DNA of 34,686 bases from a virus: positions 1 through 34,686 of IMG/VR virus record IMGVR_UViG_3300045988_076562; one strand, written 5' to 3'. The position numbers were made by a program, and so were the translations under genes. Below the pieces are notes generated by a model. The model was given only the letters and a program-made list of their open reading frames with translations. It had not been told where the DNA came from and ran no database searches. Shown here one piece after another: positions 10,212-17,829 of this stretch; the stretch's first letter is position 1; each line of letters begins with the position of its first letter.

Positions 10212-10499
10212 ATGAACTACGCAAAAATCATGGAAAACGGAGCCGTAAGAATCAGCTCCATCAAGAAAGAGGGCTACAAGCCACTCAAAGAAGAGAAGCC
10301 GGATGGATTCAGTAACCTTGTCTTTGTCGGATACACAGAGACAGAAGAAAATGTAATCAAAGAATACGAAGCAGTGGATGACGGTATGAGCGCCTATGGA
10401 AAGTTACAAAAGGACTTAAAAGCAACACAAACGGCACAGGAAGTCACAGACCAAGCGGTGCAGGAACTGATTCTCGCAACGATGAAAATGGGGGTGTAA
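10212..10499 (+). CDS. Hypothetical protein, tail-module end
   Basis: 95 aa, aaggag RBS 7 nt upstream, starts 1 nt after the preceding stop. Confidence 0.65.
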   Translation: MNYAKIMENGAVRISSIKKEGYKPLKEEKPDGFSNLVFVGYTETEENVIKEYEAVDDGMSAYGKLQKDLKATQTAQEVTDQAVQELILATMKMGV

Positions 10500-10502
10500 A
10501 TT

Positions 10503-10598
10503 ATGGCACAGTTTTTAGCTAATAGGATTAAAGGCGGACACTTAACAATCGGCGAGGTACCGGAGAGTTTAAAAGAGCAGGTACAGGCGTTACTTTAG
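10503..10598 (+). CDS. Small 31-aa protein (XkdX-like position), below the ORF-track length cut-off
   Basis: ATG at 10503, MAQFLANRIKGGHLTIGEVPESLKEQVQALL, stop tag 10596-10598. Small proteins of this kind commonly close Firmicutes phage tail modules. Confidence 0.45.
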   Translation: MAQFLANRIKGGHLTIGEVPESLKEQVQALL

Positions 10599-10622
10599 GA
10601 GTGGAATAATGGGAATTAGAGC

Positions 10623-10645
10623 AAGACCGTAATGGTCTTATTTTT
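10623..10645 (+). terminator. Rho-independent terminator ending the tail operon
   Basis: aagacc-gtaat-ggtctt followed by atttttg. Confidence 0.7.
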
Positions 10646-10678
10646 GTTGCATAAAATAAAGAAAGGATTAGGAAGAGA

Positions 10679-10969
10679 GTGGAATTTATACAGCAAATTT
10701 TGAGTATCTGTGGCGCCATCAGCATTGTAGGTGGAGCTGGAGCTATAATTGCAAAAGTAGTCCGACCGGCATTTAAGATATCCAAAAGAGTGGAGCAACT
10801 GGAAGCTTATAACGAAAAAGATTATAAGCGACTGCAGGTGTTGGAGGGAATGCAAAAAGCGCAGACCAAGTGTTTGGCAGCGATGCTCAATCATCAGATC
10901 ACTGGAAACGGAATTGAAAGAATGAAAGAAATCAGAGATGAACTTATGGAAAGTATCATCGAGAAATAA
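10679..10969 (+). CDS. Membrane-anchored coiled-coil protein upstream of the holin (possible holin-like or lysis accessory protein)
   Basis: GTG start. N-terminal hydrophobic segment ILSICGAISIVGGAGAIIA followed by charged helical sequence. Confidence 0.6.
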   Translation: MEFIQQILSICGAISIVGGAGAIIAKVVRPAFKISKRVEQLEAYNEKDYKRLQVLEGMQKAQTKCLAAMLNHQITGNGIERMKEIRDELMESIIEK

Positions 10970-10982
10970 AAGGAGGATGAGC

Positions 10983-11276
10983 ATGGATCAGATTATGAAT
11001 TATGTTAAACCAGAGTTGATTGTAGTAGCAGTAGTGCTGTATTTTTGCGGTATGGGATTAAAGCAGTCGCAGGCAGTGAAAGATAAGTACATTCCGGCGA
11101 TTTTAGGGGCAGGAGGAATCTTCCTGGCAACAATATATGTGATTGCTACTTGTCCGCTAGGAACAATGCAAGAGATTGCGATGGCAGTGTTCACAGCAAT
11201 CGTGCAAGGTATTTTGGTAGCAGGGTTAAGCACATATATTAATCAGACAATTAAACAGCTTGGAAAAAATGAATAA
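10983..11276 (+). CDS. Holin
   Basis: 97 aa from the ATG 6 nt after aggagg (10971-10976). Three hydrophobic segments and a charged C-terminus. Directly precedes the endolysin. Confidence 0.8.
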   Translation: MDQIMNYVKPELIVVAVVLYFCGMGLKQSQAVKDKYIPAILGAGGIFLATIYVIATCPLGTMQEIAMAVFTAIVQGILVAGLSTYINQTIKQLGKNE

Positions 11277-11292
11277 AATAGTAAAAAGTAAA

Positions 11293-11314
11293 GGGAGTCT
11301 TCGGACTCTCTTTT
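11293..11314 (+). terminator. Hairpin plus T tract between holin and endolysin (terminator or attenuator)
   Basis: gggagtc-ttcg-gactctc (one G-U pair) followed by tttt. Confidence 0.5.
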
Positions 11315-11346
11315 ATTGTATTTGAAAGTAGGAAAGGAGTTTAAGT

Positions 11347-12297
11347 ATGGCACATTTATTTATTATTGCAGGGCATGGAGCAGGAGATCCGGGAGCATGC
11401 GCAAATGGATTTTCGGAGGCAGAGAGAGTAAGAGCATTGGCATCGAGAATTAAAGCACTTGGCGGCAATCAGGTTACGCTCGGGGATTTTAACAGAGATT
11501 ATTATGCAGACAACGGTATCAGTAGCCTTGATATCCCGGTAGACTGGCAAATCACAGAGTTACACATGGACAGTGCAGCGGAAGAAGCCAAAGGCGGTCA
11601 TGTCATTATTAAGGCAGGATTTGATCCGGATCAGTACGACAATGCCCTTGCAAGTTTTATCGGCGGTATTTTACCGGGACGATCCAACTTAATCGTTGGC
11701 AGAGATAATCTCGCTAATCCGGACAGAGCAGCTGTAAGAGGATATAGCTATCGTCTCGTAGAGGTTGGATTTATTACGAATGAGAGCGATCTTGCGATTT
11801 TTAATAATCAGATGGATGATATTGCGCGAGGAATCTTAGCGGCATTTGAAATTAAAACAGATAAGCCAGTAGAAAAGCCGGATAAAGTAAATGCATCTCT
11901 ACAAGCAAATAACGGCGCAGATTGCACGAGATTGTCTATCAAAGCTGTTAAAGATGACATCTGTAAGGTCGTTGATAAGGAACACGGTTTTATGCTTACG
12001 GCGGCAGCTGGACAAGCTAATGCAAATGTAGATTTCCGGGAATTTGACTGCGGAGATTACCAGTTATGGAAATTGGTTAAGAAGCGGTACAAAAACGCAG
12101 ATTACACAATGCTAGAGAGTGTTGCGACTCCGGGACTGTATTTGTCTGTGGAAAATAACGGCAGTGGAGGAAAGAATAATTTGAAACTGTATACTGATCT
12201 GCACAACATGAAACAGAAGTTCTATATCCGAGAAGAAACGGATGGAAGATCGCTGATTATCCACAGTTTTAGTGGAAAATGCGTTGCAGCTAAATAA
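11347..12297 (+). CDS. Endolysin: N-acetylmuramoyl-L-alanine amidase (Amidase_3-like) with ricin-type beta-trefoil-like C-terminal domain
   Basis: The N-terminus HLFIIAGHGAGDPGA...GFSEAE is typical of Amidase_3. The C-terminus carries QxW-like motifs (YQLWKL, QKFYI). Confidence 0.85.
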   Translation: MAHLFIIAGHGAGDPGACANGFSEAERVRALASRIKALGGNQVTLGDFNRDYYADNGISSLDIPVDWQITELHMDSAAEEAKGGHVIIKAGFDPDQYDNALASFIGGILPGRSNLIVGRDNLANPDRAAVRGYSYRLVEVGFITNESDLAIFNNQMDDIARGILAAFEIKTDKPVEKPDKVNASLQANNGADCTRLSIKAVKDDICKVVDKEHGFMLTAAAGQANANVDFREFDCGDYQLWKLVKKRYKNADYTMLESVATPGLYLSVENNGSGGKNNLKLYTDLHNMKQKFYIREETDGRSLIIHSFSGKCVAAK

Positions 12298-12300
12298 AAA

Positions 12301-12329
12301 CATCCTCCCTTCATAATGAGGGGAGGATG
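12301..12329 (-). terminator. Rho-independent terminator, functional orientation minus (integrase transcript)
   Basis: Perfect 9-bp stem catcctccc/gggaggatg. On the minus strand it is followed by tttttattt; on the plus strand by an A run. Confidence 0.65.
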
Positions 12330-12364
12330 AAAAAAAGCATATATTGTATCATCTTAGTTCAAAT

Positions 12365-12420
12365 TTATTTTGTACTAAGTATGTAACCCCAAATGGGGCA
12401 ATATAATTAGTACAAAATAA
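12365..12420. other. Candidate attP core for the serine integrase: 56-bp imperfect dyad
   Basis: Perfect 14-bp outer arms ttattttgtactaa / ttagtacaaaataa. 23 of 28 positions are symmetric overall, with a central cccc-aaat-gggg. Lies between the int stop and the int terminator. Confidence 0.45.
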
Positions 12421-12421
12421 T

Positions 12422-13819
12422 TTACAAAAAATCTACCTCTTTTATTGTGCAATCATCATTAAGGTGTATCTGTTTTATTATGGACCGCCAAAATGCCCTA
12501 CGATTCTCAAGTGATAAAGAATCATACATTTCTTTAAAGTCTGTCCGCAGAAGCTTTTCTAGCTCAGAATAATTGCGTTTCGGTTCTTCAAGTGAAGGAT
12601 CAGAGGCAGCGAAAGCGAGTTCCTCTTCTAATCGCTGGTATTCTTCATCGTAATAATCGAAAGATATTCTTCCCTTTTGGAATAGCAAATTAAGTCTTTC
12701 CATCTCCTTACTCAGCTGTGCAGGATTTTTTGCTTTGCGAACTTTCTTTTTCTCCTCATTAATTTTATTGCTTCTTATTTTATATTTTTCATATTCACTA
12801 GATAAGTTCTCGAGCAAATATTGTTCGATAAGGTTCTGACTTACGCGGTGTCTGTTCGGACAAAGATGGTCGGCTAAAGCTTTGTTGCAGCGGTAATAGC
12901 AGTAGGTACGCTTTTTACCGGTTTTGCGGTTTGAAATTGATGAGCATCCGGTTCCGACCAATTTCTGACCGCACGAAGGGCAGCGCATTAGACTTGTAAA
13001 TAGATATACTCGACCTGATGGTGCCCGCTTTACATTACGGACGGAGATTTCTTGGATTTCATTCCATTCTTTTTCTGTAAGATACGCAGGACAGTAGGGA
13101 TATCCTCGATATGTACCCTTATAAAATTCGCTAGAAAGCATAGTTTTAAGCATACCATAAGAAAAATAGATTCCATAAGTGCGCTGCATGTATTTCAGCG
13201 CATCTTGTTTTCCCTGATGTTTTTTATAATGCCGAAAGAAGTCTATTACCATGCGTTCCGTTTCGGGATCTTTAATCATGCATTTTTTTCCATCAACTAC
13301 ACCAGATTTGTAGCCGAATGGCATATTTGCTTCGCCGAAAATCAGACGTCCATTCTTGATAGACGCTTCGTTTACAAATTTAATACGTTCGGAGGTTGTG
13401 TCAACTTCATTTTGTCCAAACGATAGCACGACATTTAATTGCAGCCTGCCATCACGCGTCTCCATGTTGATTCCGGGTTCAGATGCAGAGATCCACCGCA
13501 CACCATATTCGTCAAGAACGTCCTGCACTTTATAGAAGTCTGCTAAACTACGAAACCAACGGTCGAGTCTCCAGAAGAGAATCACATCAATTTTCTCTTG
13601 CTTTACATCCTCTATCAGAGCATGGATAGCTTTTCGTTTCTTAAGTTCCTTTCGTGCGGTTTTTCCCTCGTCTGCATACACTCCAACGACAGACATGTTA
13701 TGTTCTTTGGCATAGTGCTCTAAATATTCTTTTTGCGCTTGTAGGGATTTTCCATGTACACTCTGCTCGAAGGTAGATACACGGATATAGATAGCACATC
13801 TCAAAATTTTTTCAGGCAT
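12422..13819 (-). CDS. int: Large serine recombinase (phage integrase)
   Basis: 465 aa. N-terminal resolvase catalytic domain (YIRVSTFEQ), recombinase domain, Cys-rich zinc ribbon (CPSCG...CYYRC) and C-terminal coiled coil. Confidence 0.93.
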   Translation of the reverse strand: MPEKILRCAIYIRVSTFEQSVHGKSLQAQKEYLEHYAKEHNMSVVGVYADEGKTARKELKKRKAIHALIEDVKQEKIDVILFWRLDRWFRSLADFYKVQDVLDEYGVRWISASEPGINMETRDGRLQLNVVLSFGQNEVDTTSERIKFVNEASIKNGRLIFGEANMPFGYKSGVVDGKKCMIKDPETERMVIDFFRHYKKHQGKQDALKYMQRTYGIYFSYGMLKTMLSSEFYKGTYRGYPYCPAYLTEKEWNEIQEISVRNVKRAPSGRVYLFTSLMRCPSCGQKLVGTGCSSISNRKTGKKRTYCYYRCNKALADHLCPNRHRVSQNLIEQYLLENLSSEYEKYKIRSNKINEEKKKVRKAKNPAQLSKEMERLNLLFQKGRISFDYYDEEYQRLEEELAFAASDPSLEEPKRNYSELEKLLRTDFKEMYDSLSLENRRAFWRSIIKQIHLNDDCTIKEVDFL

Positions 13820-13865
13820 TTTATATCACTCCTTCGTTAATTATATTAAAAATAAGTATAAAAAT

Positions 13866-13903
13866 AACAGCCATCGAATACATGTTCCGATTGCAAGGCT
13901 GTT
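13866..13903 (-). terminator. Terminator for the DUF4236 moron (minus strand)
   Basis: aacagcc...ggctgtt outer stem with an inner atcg/cgat stem. On the minus strand it is followed by attttatacttattttt. Confidence 0.5.
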
Positions 13904-13919
13904 TCGAAGATGATACAAT
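13891..13919 (+). promoter_or_regulatory. Strong sigma-A-type promoter on the plus strand (TTGCAA-17-TACAAT)
   Basis: -35 ttgcaa 13891-13896, 17-nt spacer, -10 tacaat 13914-13919. No plus-strand ORF follows. Confidence 0.5.
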
Positions 13920-13925
13920 ATATTT

Positions 13926-13994
13926 GTTAAGATAACTGTACATCTTCTGGTGTATATCAAGCCGTTCCTGTTGGCGCAGGGGCGGTTTTTCTTT
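13926..13994 (+). ncRNA. Candidate small RNA of about 65 nt, antisense to the 3' UTR of the DUF4236 gene
   Basis: Bounded by the promoter above and a plus-only terminator: ccgttcctg-ttggcg-caggggcgg then tttttcttt (13962-13994). The two G-U pairs become C-A mismatches on the other strand. Confidence 0.35.
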
Positions 13995-14005
13995 ATGCTA
14001 TTTAT

Positions 14006-15424
14006 CTAATGGCATCGCTTGCAAGGCTCATAGCCTTGTGCTTGAGCATCACTTAACGACATTTGATAAGAAGTGGCAGGATTCATCTGTCCACAACTGT
14101 TATAGCTATGATATTTGCTTCCAGTAGCAGAGATCCATACCATTTGTGCTTGAGCTTGTTGTTGTGCCTGTAGAGCTGCCTCTTGTTCGGCGGCGATTCT
14201 AGCAGCTTCAGCTTCTTGTTGAGCTTGAAGTTCTGCTTGCCTCTGTGCTTCAAGTTGAGCTTGTTGTTCAGCTTGTCTTTGAGCTTCAAGTTGAGCTTGT
14301 TGTTGTTCAAATCTTTGAATGTTTTCGTCAATTTGTGCGAAATTTACTGTTGCGTGATCGCTATCTATTGTGTCGCTATTACAATACACGTTTGGTATGC
14401 ATTGGGTTAAGTTTTCGCCTATGTCTTTTCTTACATCGCCGTCATTGCAGTGATAATACAATAAATATCCGTGCCACATAAGCTGTTCCATTAATGCGCT
14501 ATCGGTAAAATACTGATGATTTAAGGATTTTATTTCATTTACGATTTGATTAGCCTGTTCATCAGTCAGAGATGATGCATTTTCTTTTGCCGTAATGCTA
14601 ATTTGCTCAACACGGTCAGAGTGATTTTCGTTTGCTGTGAAGAGTGGTGTTGTTAGCAGATCCGCATTTACAGGAACGGCAGTTGGTATAAAAGTCGGTC
14701 TCTTTTTCTTTAAATCTTTCTTAGCGGCAAGTTTTTTCTTTTTGACATCCACCACTAGTTTTTTACTTTTAACTCCTTGATGGTCAGCCCAAATTTTATA
14801 GGTTCCCGCCTTGGAGGCAGTGAATACTATCCCATCATCAGAAAAATCTATTTCTCCACCAGAAGATTTATAGGCTGATTCAGGAATCGTATAACTATCT
14901 GGCGAGACAGATGTTTGAATTGGTATCGATTGATTCACATAATAAGTTTTTGAATCATCCAGTTCTAACGAAATGCTTTCAAGATCTGGAGAAAAGGCAG
15001 CACTACCAATTCCAAAAATAAGTAAAAAGGCAGTTACTATACCTTTTACTGATTTCTTCCAGTTTGAGTACTTCCACATCAAGAAAAGTCCCACTGGGAA
15101 GAAAAATACAAGCCAAAAAACAATCCATCCTGTTCGTTTATACCAAACAGTATCGTCATGATTATTAGGCGGCATATTGTTACTTGATGATCCGCTATAA
15201 TGTTTCGGAGTGTTGTAGGCGGGAGGAGCTTGTTTAGTGCCTCCTACTGTTTTTACATAGGAAATTCCAGTTCCTGGTATTCCAGCAGATACAGTCTTTT
15301 TCCCTTTTGAGTTCACTGTGTAGTGAGCACCCTTCGTTCCAATAGTAGCACTTACACTGTTTTTGTTTAAGTTAATTTTTAGCCCTGGAGCAATTTTTAT
15401 ACTTTTTCTAAATCGTAGCCCCAT
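14006..15424 (-). CDS. DUF4236-domain membrane protein with Ig-like region, Gln/Ala coiled coil and C-terminal Cys motif (moron)
   Basis: Start taken at MGLRFRKSIKIAPGLKINLNK (typical DUF4236 N-terminus) with an upstream gagaggaaaag RBS. Two TM segments. C-terminus KYHSYNSCGQM...GYEPCKRC. Confidence 0.8.
   Translation of the reverse strand: MGLRFRKSIKIAPGLKINLNKNSVSATIGTKGAHYTVNSKGKKTVSAGIPGTGISYVKTVGGTKQAPPAYNTPKHYSGSSSNNMPPNNHDDTVWYKRTGWIVFWLVFFFPVGLFLMWKYSNWKKSVKGIVTAFLLIFGIGSAAFSPDLESISLELDDSKTYYVNQSIPIQTSVSPDSYTIPESAYKSSGGEIDFSDDGIVFTASKAGTYKIWADHQGVKSKKLVVDVKKKKLAAKKDLKKKRPTFIPTAVPVNADLLTTPLFTANENHSDRVEQISITAKENASSLTDEQANQIVNEIKSLNHQYFTDSALMEQLMWHGYLLYYHCNDGDVRKDIGENLTQCIPNVYCNSDTIDSDHATVNFAQIDENIQRFEQQQAQLEAQRQAEQQAQLEAQRQAELQAQQEAEAARIAAEQEAALQAQQQAQAQMVWISATGSKYHSYNSCGQMNPATSYQMSLSDAQAQGYEPCKRCH
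14247..14304. repeat. 36-bp-period tandem repeat inside the DUF4236 gene (encodes QQAQLEAQRQAE units)
   Basis: The identical 22-mer gcttcaagttgagcttgttgtt occurs at 14247 and 14283. Confidence 0.8.
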
Positions 15425-15493
15425 ATCTTTTCCTCTCTTTCCCCTGCAAATGTTTCTTTCGTAACGCCACATTTATATATAATCTCTTAAGAG

Positions 15494-15961
15494 TTATATA
15501 TCGATATGTTCCCCAACAGCCAAGTTCGGGATGAAGTAGATAACATAGTTGTCAATAGTAGTACATATACCATATTTGTCTCGGTAGCAATCAATAGCCT
15601 CCTGCAAGAATTCCTCTGTCACTTCGAGAAATTCTGCTATTTCATGCCTGCTTTGGCATCCGGCATTAAAAGCATCTATGATGCCACGCAATCCGATCAT
15701 CCGGTTGTACCCATGTAATCGTCCTTTTTGCTCCTGCTTTAAATTTTCAATATTTTGCAGATTAACTATATCACCGACAGCAGTATGGTAATGTCCAATT
15801 TCTTCTGCCAAAACACAAGCCTTTTCTGCTGATGTTTCTAATCTATCGGATATTGCAATTCTATTTTTATATATCAAGCCATCGCTACTGGATAGAGATT
15901 TTTCACGGACAACAAGTCCGTTATTACTTGCCTCTTCCAAAAGTTCTTCGTAAATCGTCAT
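15494..15961 (-). CDS. ImmA/IrrE-like metallopeptidase (anti-repressor protease) with non-canonical EEIGH motif
   Basis: Start at MTIYEELLEE, 7 nt after gggag. Lies immediately downstream of the XRE repressor as in ImmR/ImmA modules. Motif LAEEIGHYH at 15785-15805. Confidence 0.7.
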   Translation of the reverse strand: MTIYEELLEEASNNGLVVREKSLSSSDGLIYKNRIAISDRLETSAEKACVLAEEIGHYHTAVGDIVNLQNIENLKQEQKGRLHGYNRMIGLRGIIDAFNAGCQSRHEIAEFLEVTEEFLQEAIDCYRDKYGICTTIDNYVIYFIPNLAVGEHIDI

Positions 15962-15965
15962 TGTG

Positions 15966-16457
15966 TTACTCCCATTCAGAGTCATCCATCATGATGTCTT
16001 TATCATGTTTTCTCATTTCATCGGTTACTTTAATATCAGTACGCTCGTGAGCTGCCATCACAGATAAATCATCATCCATTTGTTGTATGGATAGTAGTTG
16101 TTCGATGTAATTATCAGCTTTTCTTCTATTTATCTCAATCAACTGCAAATATTTTTTAAAATGATTCTTTTCTTTCGGAGATAATGCTCCAATGTTATCG
16201 ATTATGTTTTCGAGATTATCATTTTCAAATACATTTTCGATGGATTTATCGGTAGATGGCTCTAAATCCATAAGATAGGTTGGCGAGCAATCAAAAATTT
16301 CTGACATTTTCGCAATGGTAGAACGCTTTATATTTTTAACTCTTCCATTTTCATATTTTGCTATTGCAGATTTTTGAAGCCCCAGTTTTTGCGCAAGCTC
16401 TTCTTGGGTGAGCCCAACTTCTTTTCTTTTGCTCTTTATTCTATCTGACATTGCCAT
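15966..16457 (-). CDS. XRE-family HTH repressor (CI/ImmR-like)
   Basis: N-terminal HTH: RKEVGLTQEELAQKLGLQKSAIAKYENG. Divergent from the Cro-like gene. No S24 peptidase Ser-Lys motif seen in the C-terminal half. Confidence 0.9.
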   Translation of the reverse strand: MAMSDRIKSKRKEVGLTQEELAQKLGLQKSAIAKYENGRVKNIKRSTIAKMSEIFDCSPTYLMDLEPSTDKSIENVFENDNLENIIDNIGALSPKEKNHFKKYLQLIEINRRKADNYIEQLLSIQQMDDDLSVMAAHERTDIKVTDEMRKHDKDIMMDDSEWE

Positions 16458-16477
16458 GTTTTTGTTCTCCTTTCGAT

Positions 16478-16570
16478 GTGTCTTAATTTTACTACATTAA
16501 ATGTGAAATTGCAAGCTTTTTGCGTAAAAGTGTCTTAAAAATATAAAAAAGTTATTGACAATAAAGACAC
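16478..16570. promoter_or_regulatory. Operator half-sites (GTGTCTT at 16478 and 16530; AAGACAC at 16564)
   Basis: The same heptamer as the arms of the full palindromes, flanking and overlapping both divergent promoters. Confidence 0.5.
16486..16514 (-). promoter_or_regulatory. Leftward promoter for repressor/ImmA (TTGCAA-17-TAAAAT on the minus strand)
   Basis: -35 at 16509-16514, 17-nt spacer, -10 at 16486-16491. Operator half-site GTGTCTT at 16478-16484 sits over the predicted start. Confidence 0.55.
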
Positions 16571-16583
16571 CTAGTGATATTCT
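16555..16583 (+). promoter_or_regulatory. Rightward early lytic promoter (TTGACA-17-TATTCT with upstream TG)
   Basis: -35 ttgaca 16555-16560, -10 tattct 16578-16583, preceded by tga. Confidence 0.6.
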
Positions 16584-16587
16584 GTAA

Positions 16588-16604
16588 GTGTCTTAAAAAG
16601 ACAC
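16588..16604. promoter_or_regulatory. Operator: perfect palindrome GTGTCTT-AAA-AAGACAC
   Basis: 17-bp dyad just downstream of the rightward -10. Confidence 0.65.
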
Positions 16605-16630
16605 AAATAAATTAAAGGAGGTTTCGCAGG

Positions 16631-16837
16631 ATGAATAAGAACATGCTAGAGTCGGTCATGAAACTAAATGGCGACACGGGAACTTCTCTTGCTTCTTATT
16701 TAGGGATTGCACGAAGTACATTTTCCGCAAAAATCAATGAAACAAACGGTGCGGAATTTACTCAAGGGGAAATTTCTAAAATTAAGCAGAAGTATTCTCT
16801 GTGTGGGGAAGATATTGAAAAAATTTTTTTTGATTAA
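16631..16837 (+). CDS. Cro-like small HTH regulator
   Basis: 68 aa, aaggagg RBS, first gene of the rightward operon. LASYLGIARSTFSAKIN looks like an HTH. Confidence 0.75.
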   Translation: MNKNMLESVMKLNGDTGTSLASYLGIARSTFSAKINETNGAEFTQGEISKIKQKYSLCGEDIEKIFFD

Positions 16838-16840
16838 AAA

Positions 16841-16857
16841 GTGTCTAAAAAAGACAC
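16841..16857. promoter_or_regulatory. Third operator-like palindrome GTGTCT-AAAAA-AGACAC between the Cro-like and antirepressor genes
   Basis: Same 6-bp arms and 5-nt A-rich spacer as 16588-16604. Confidence 0.55.
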
Positions 16858-16882
16858 TAATAGAAATTGGAAGGGAGATTAA

Positions 16883-17644
16883 ATGAACAATTTAACAGTA
16901 ATCGAAAATGAACTTGTCCCAGTATACGAGACAAGCACGGGAGAAAAAGTAGTATACGGATCAGAACTGCATGAAGTTTTAGGTGTAAGAACACCTTACA
17001 AAGACTGGTCTACGCGTAGATTAAACGATATTGATGCCGTAGAAAATGAAGATTTTGAAGCCGCTCAAATTTGCGCACCTTCCGGTCAGACTAAAAAAGA
17101 CCATATCATCAAACTAGACATCGCAAAAGAAATGGCAATGCTTGAGAGAAATGAAAAGGGCAAGGAAGTACGCAGATATTTTATCCGTGTAGAGAAGAAA
17201 TACAAAGTAGCATCCCTTGCCACACAAGAACTTTCACCGCAGTTACAAGTCATGATTAACCTAGAAATTGAACAGAAGCGTCAGGCGGAGAAGATTGAGC
17301 ATGTGGAAGAACGGATTGAAAGCATTCGGGAAGTTGTGGCAATCGACACGACATCATGGAGAGATGATACCGGAAGAATTTTAAGGAAAATCGGTATGGA
17401 GTGCGGAGACAGCAAGTCTTACCAAGATGTAAGGGCAGAGTCTTATCAGCTGTTGGAAAAGCGCATGGGAGTGAATGTAAAACAGAGACTTACTAATAAG
17501 CGTAGAAGAATGGCCGATGAGGGAGTTTGTAAATCCAAAAGAGATAAATTGAATTATCTTGATGTGATTGCGGATGATAAGAAGCTGGTCGAAGGGTATA
17601 CAGCTATCGTGAAAGAGTTGGCCATCAAATATGGGGTGGCGTAA
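16883..17644 (+). CDS. ORF6N/ORF6C-type antirepressor-like protein
   Basis: The N-terminus VPVYETSTGEKVVYGSELHEVLGV...YKDWSTRR resembles ORF6N/AntA-type domains. C-terminal helical region. Confidence 0.7.
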   Translation: MNNLTVIENELVPVYETSTGEKVVYGSELHEVLGVRTPYKDWSTRRLNDIDAVENEDFEAAQICAPSGQTKKDHIIKLDIAKEMAMLERNEKGKEVRRYFIRVEKKYKVASLATQELSPQLQVMINLEIEQKRQAEKIEHVEERIESIREVVAIDTTSWRDDTGRILRKIGMECGDSKSYQDVRAESYQLLEKRMGVNVKQRLTNKRRRMADEGVCKSKRDKLNYLDVIADDKKLVEGYTAIVKELAIKYGVA

Positions 17645-17676
17645 TGCAGAGGATAGAACATGAGGAGGAATAATAC

Positions 17677-17829
17677 ATGCTTAGAAAGATTTATGAAGAG
17701 TTAATGCTTATAAGAATTGAACTCCAAGCCATTAATAACAGCTTGGAGAACATTTCGGAATACAAAGAAAAATTAAGACTTATGCAAAAGCGATTGGATG
17801 ATGGAAGAAGAATAGGAAAATTATTTTGA
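17677..17829 (+). CDS. Hypothetical 50-aa coiled-coil protein (below the ORF-track cut-off)
   Basis: ATG 7 nt after gaggagg. MLRKIYEELMLIRIELQAINN... Confidence 0.5.
   Translation: MLRKIYEELMLIRIELQAINNSLENISEYKEKLRLMQKRLDDGRRIGKLF

Noticed and set aside
13840-13845. A perfect TATAAT (minus strand) as the integrase promoter
   Set aside because: It lies only about 20 nt upstream of the int ATG, so the predicted start would fall on or inside the aaggag RBS, and the -35 is poor. It might give a very short leader, but it is not supportable from sequence alone.
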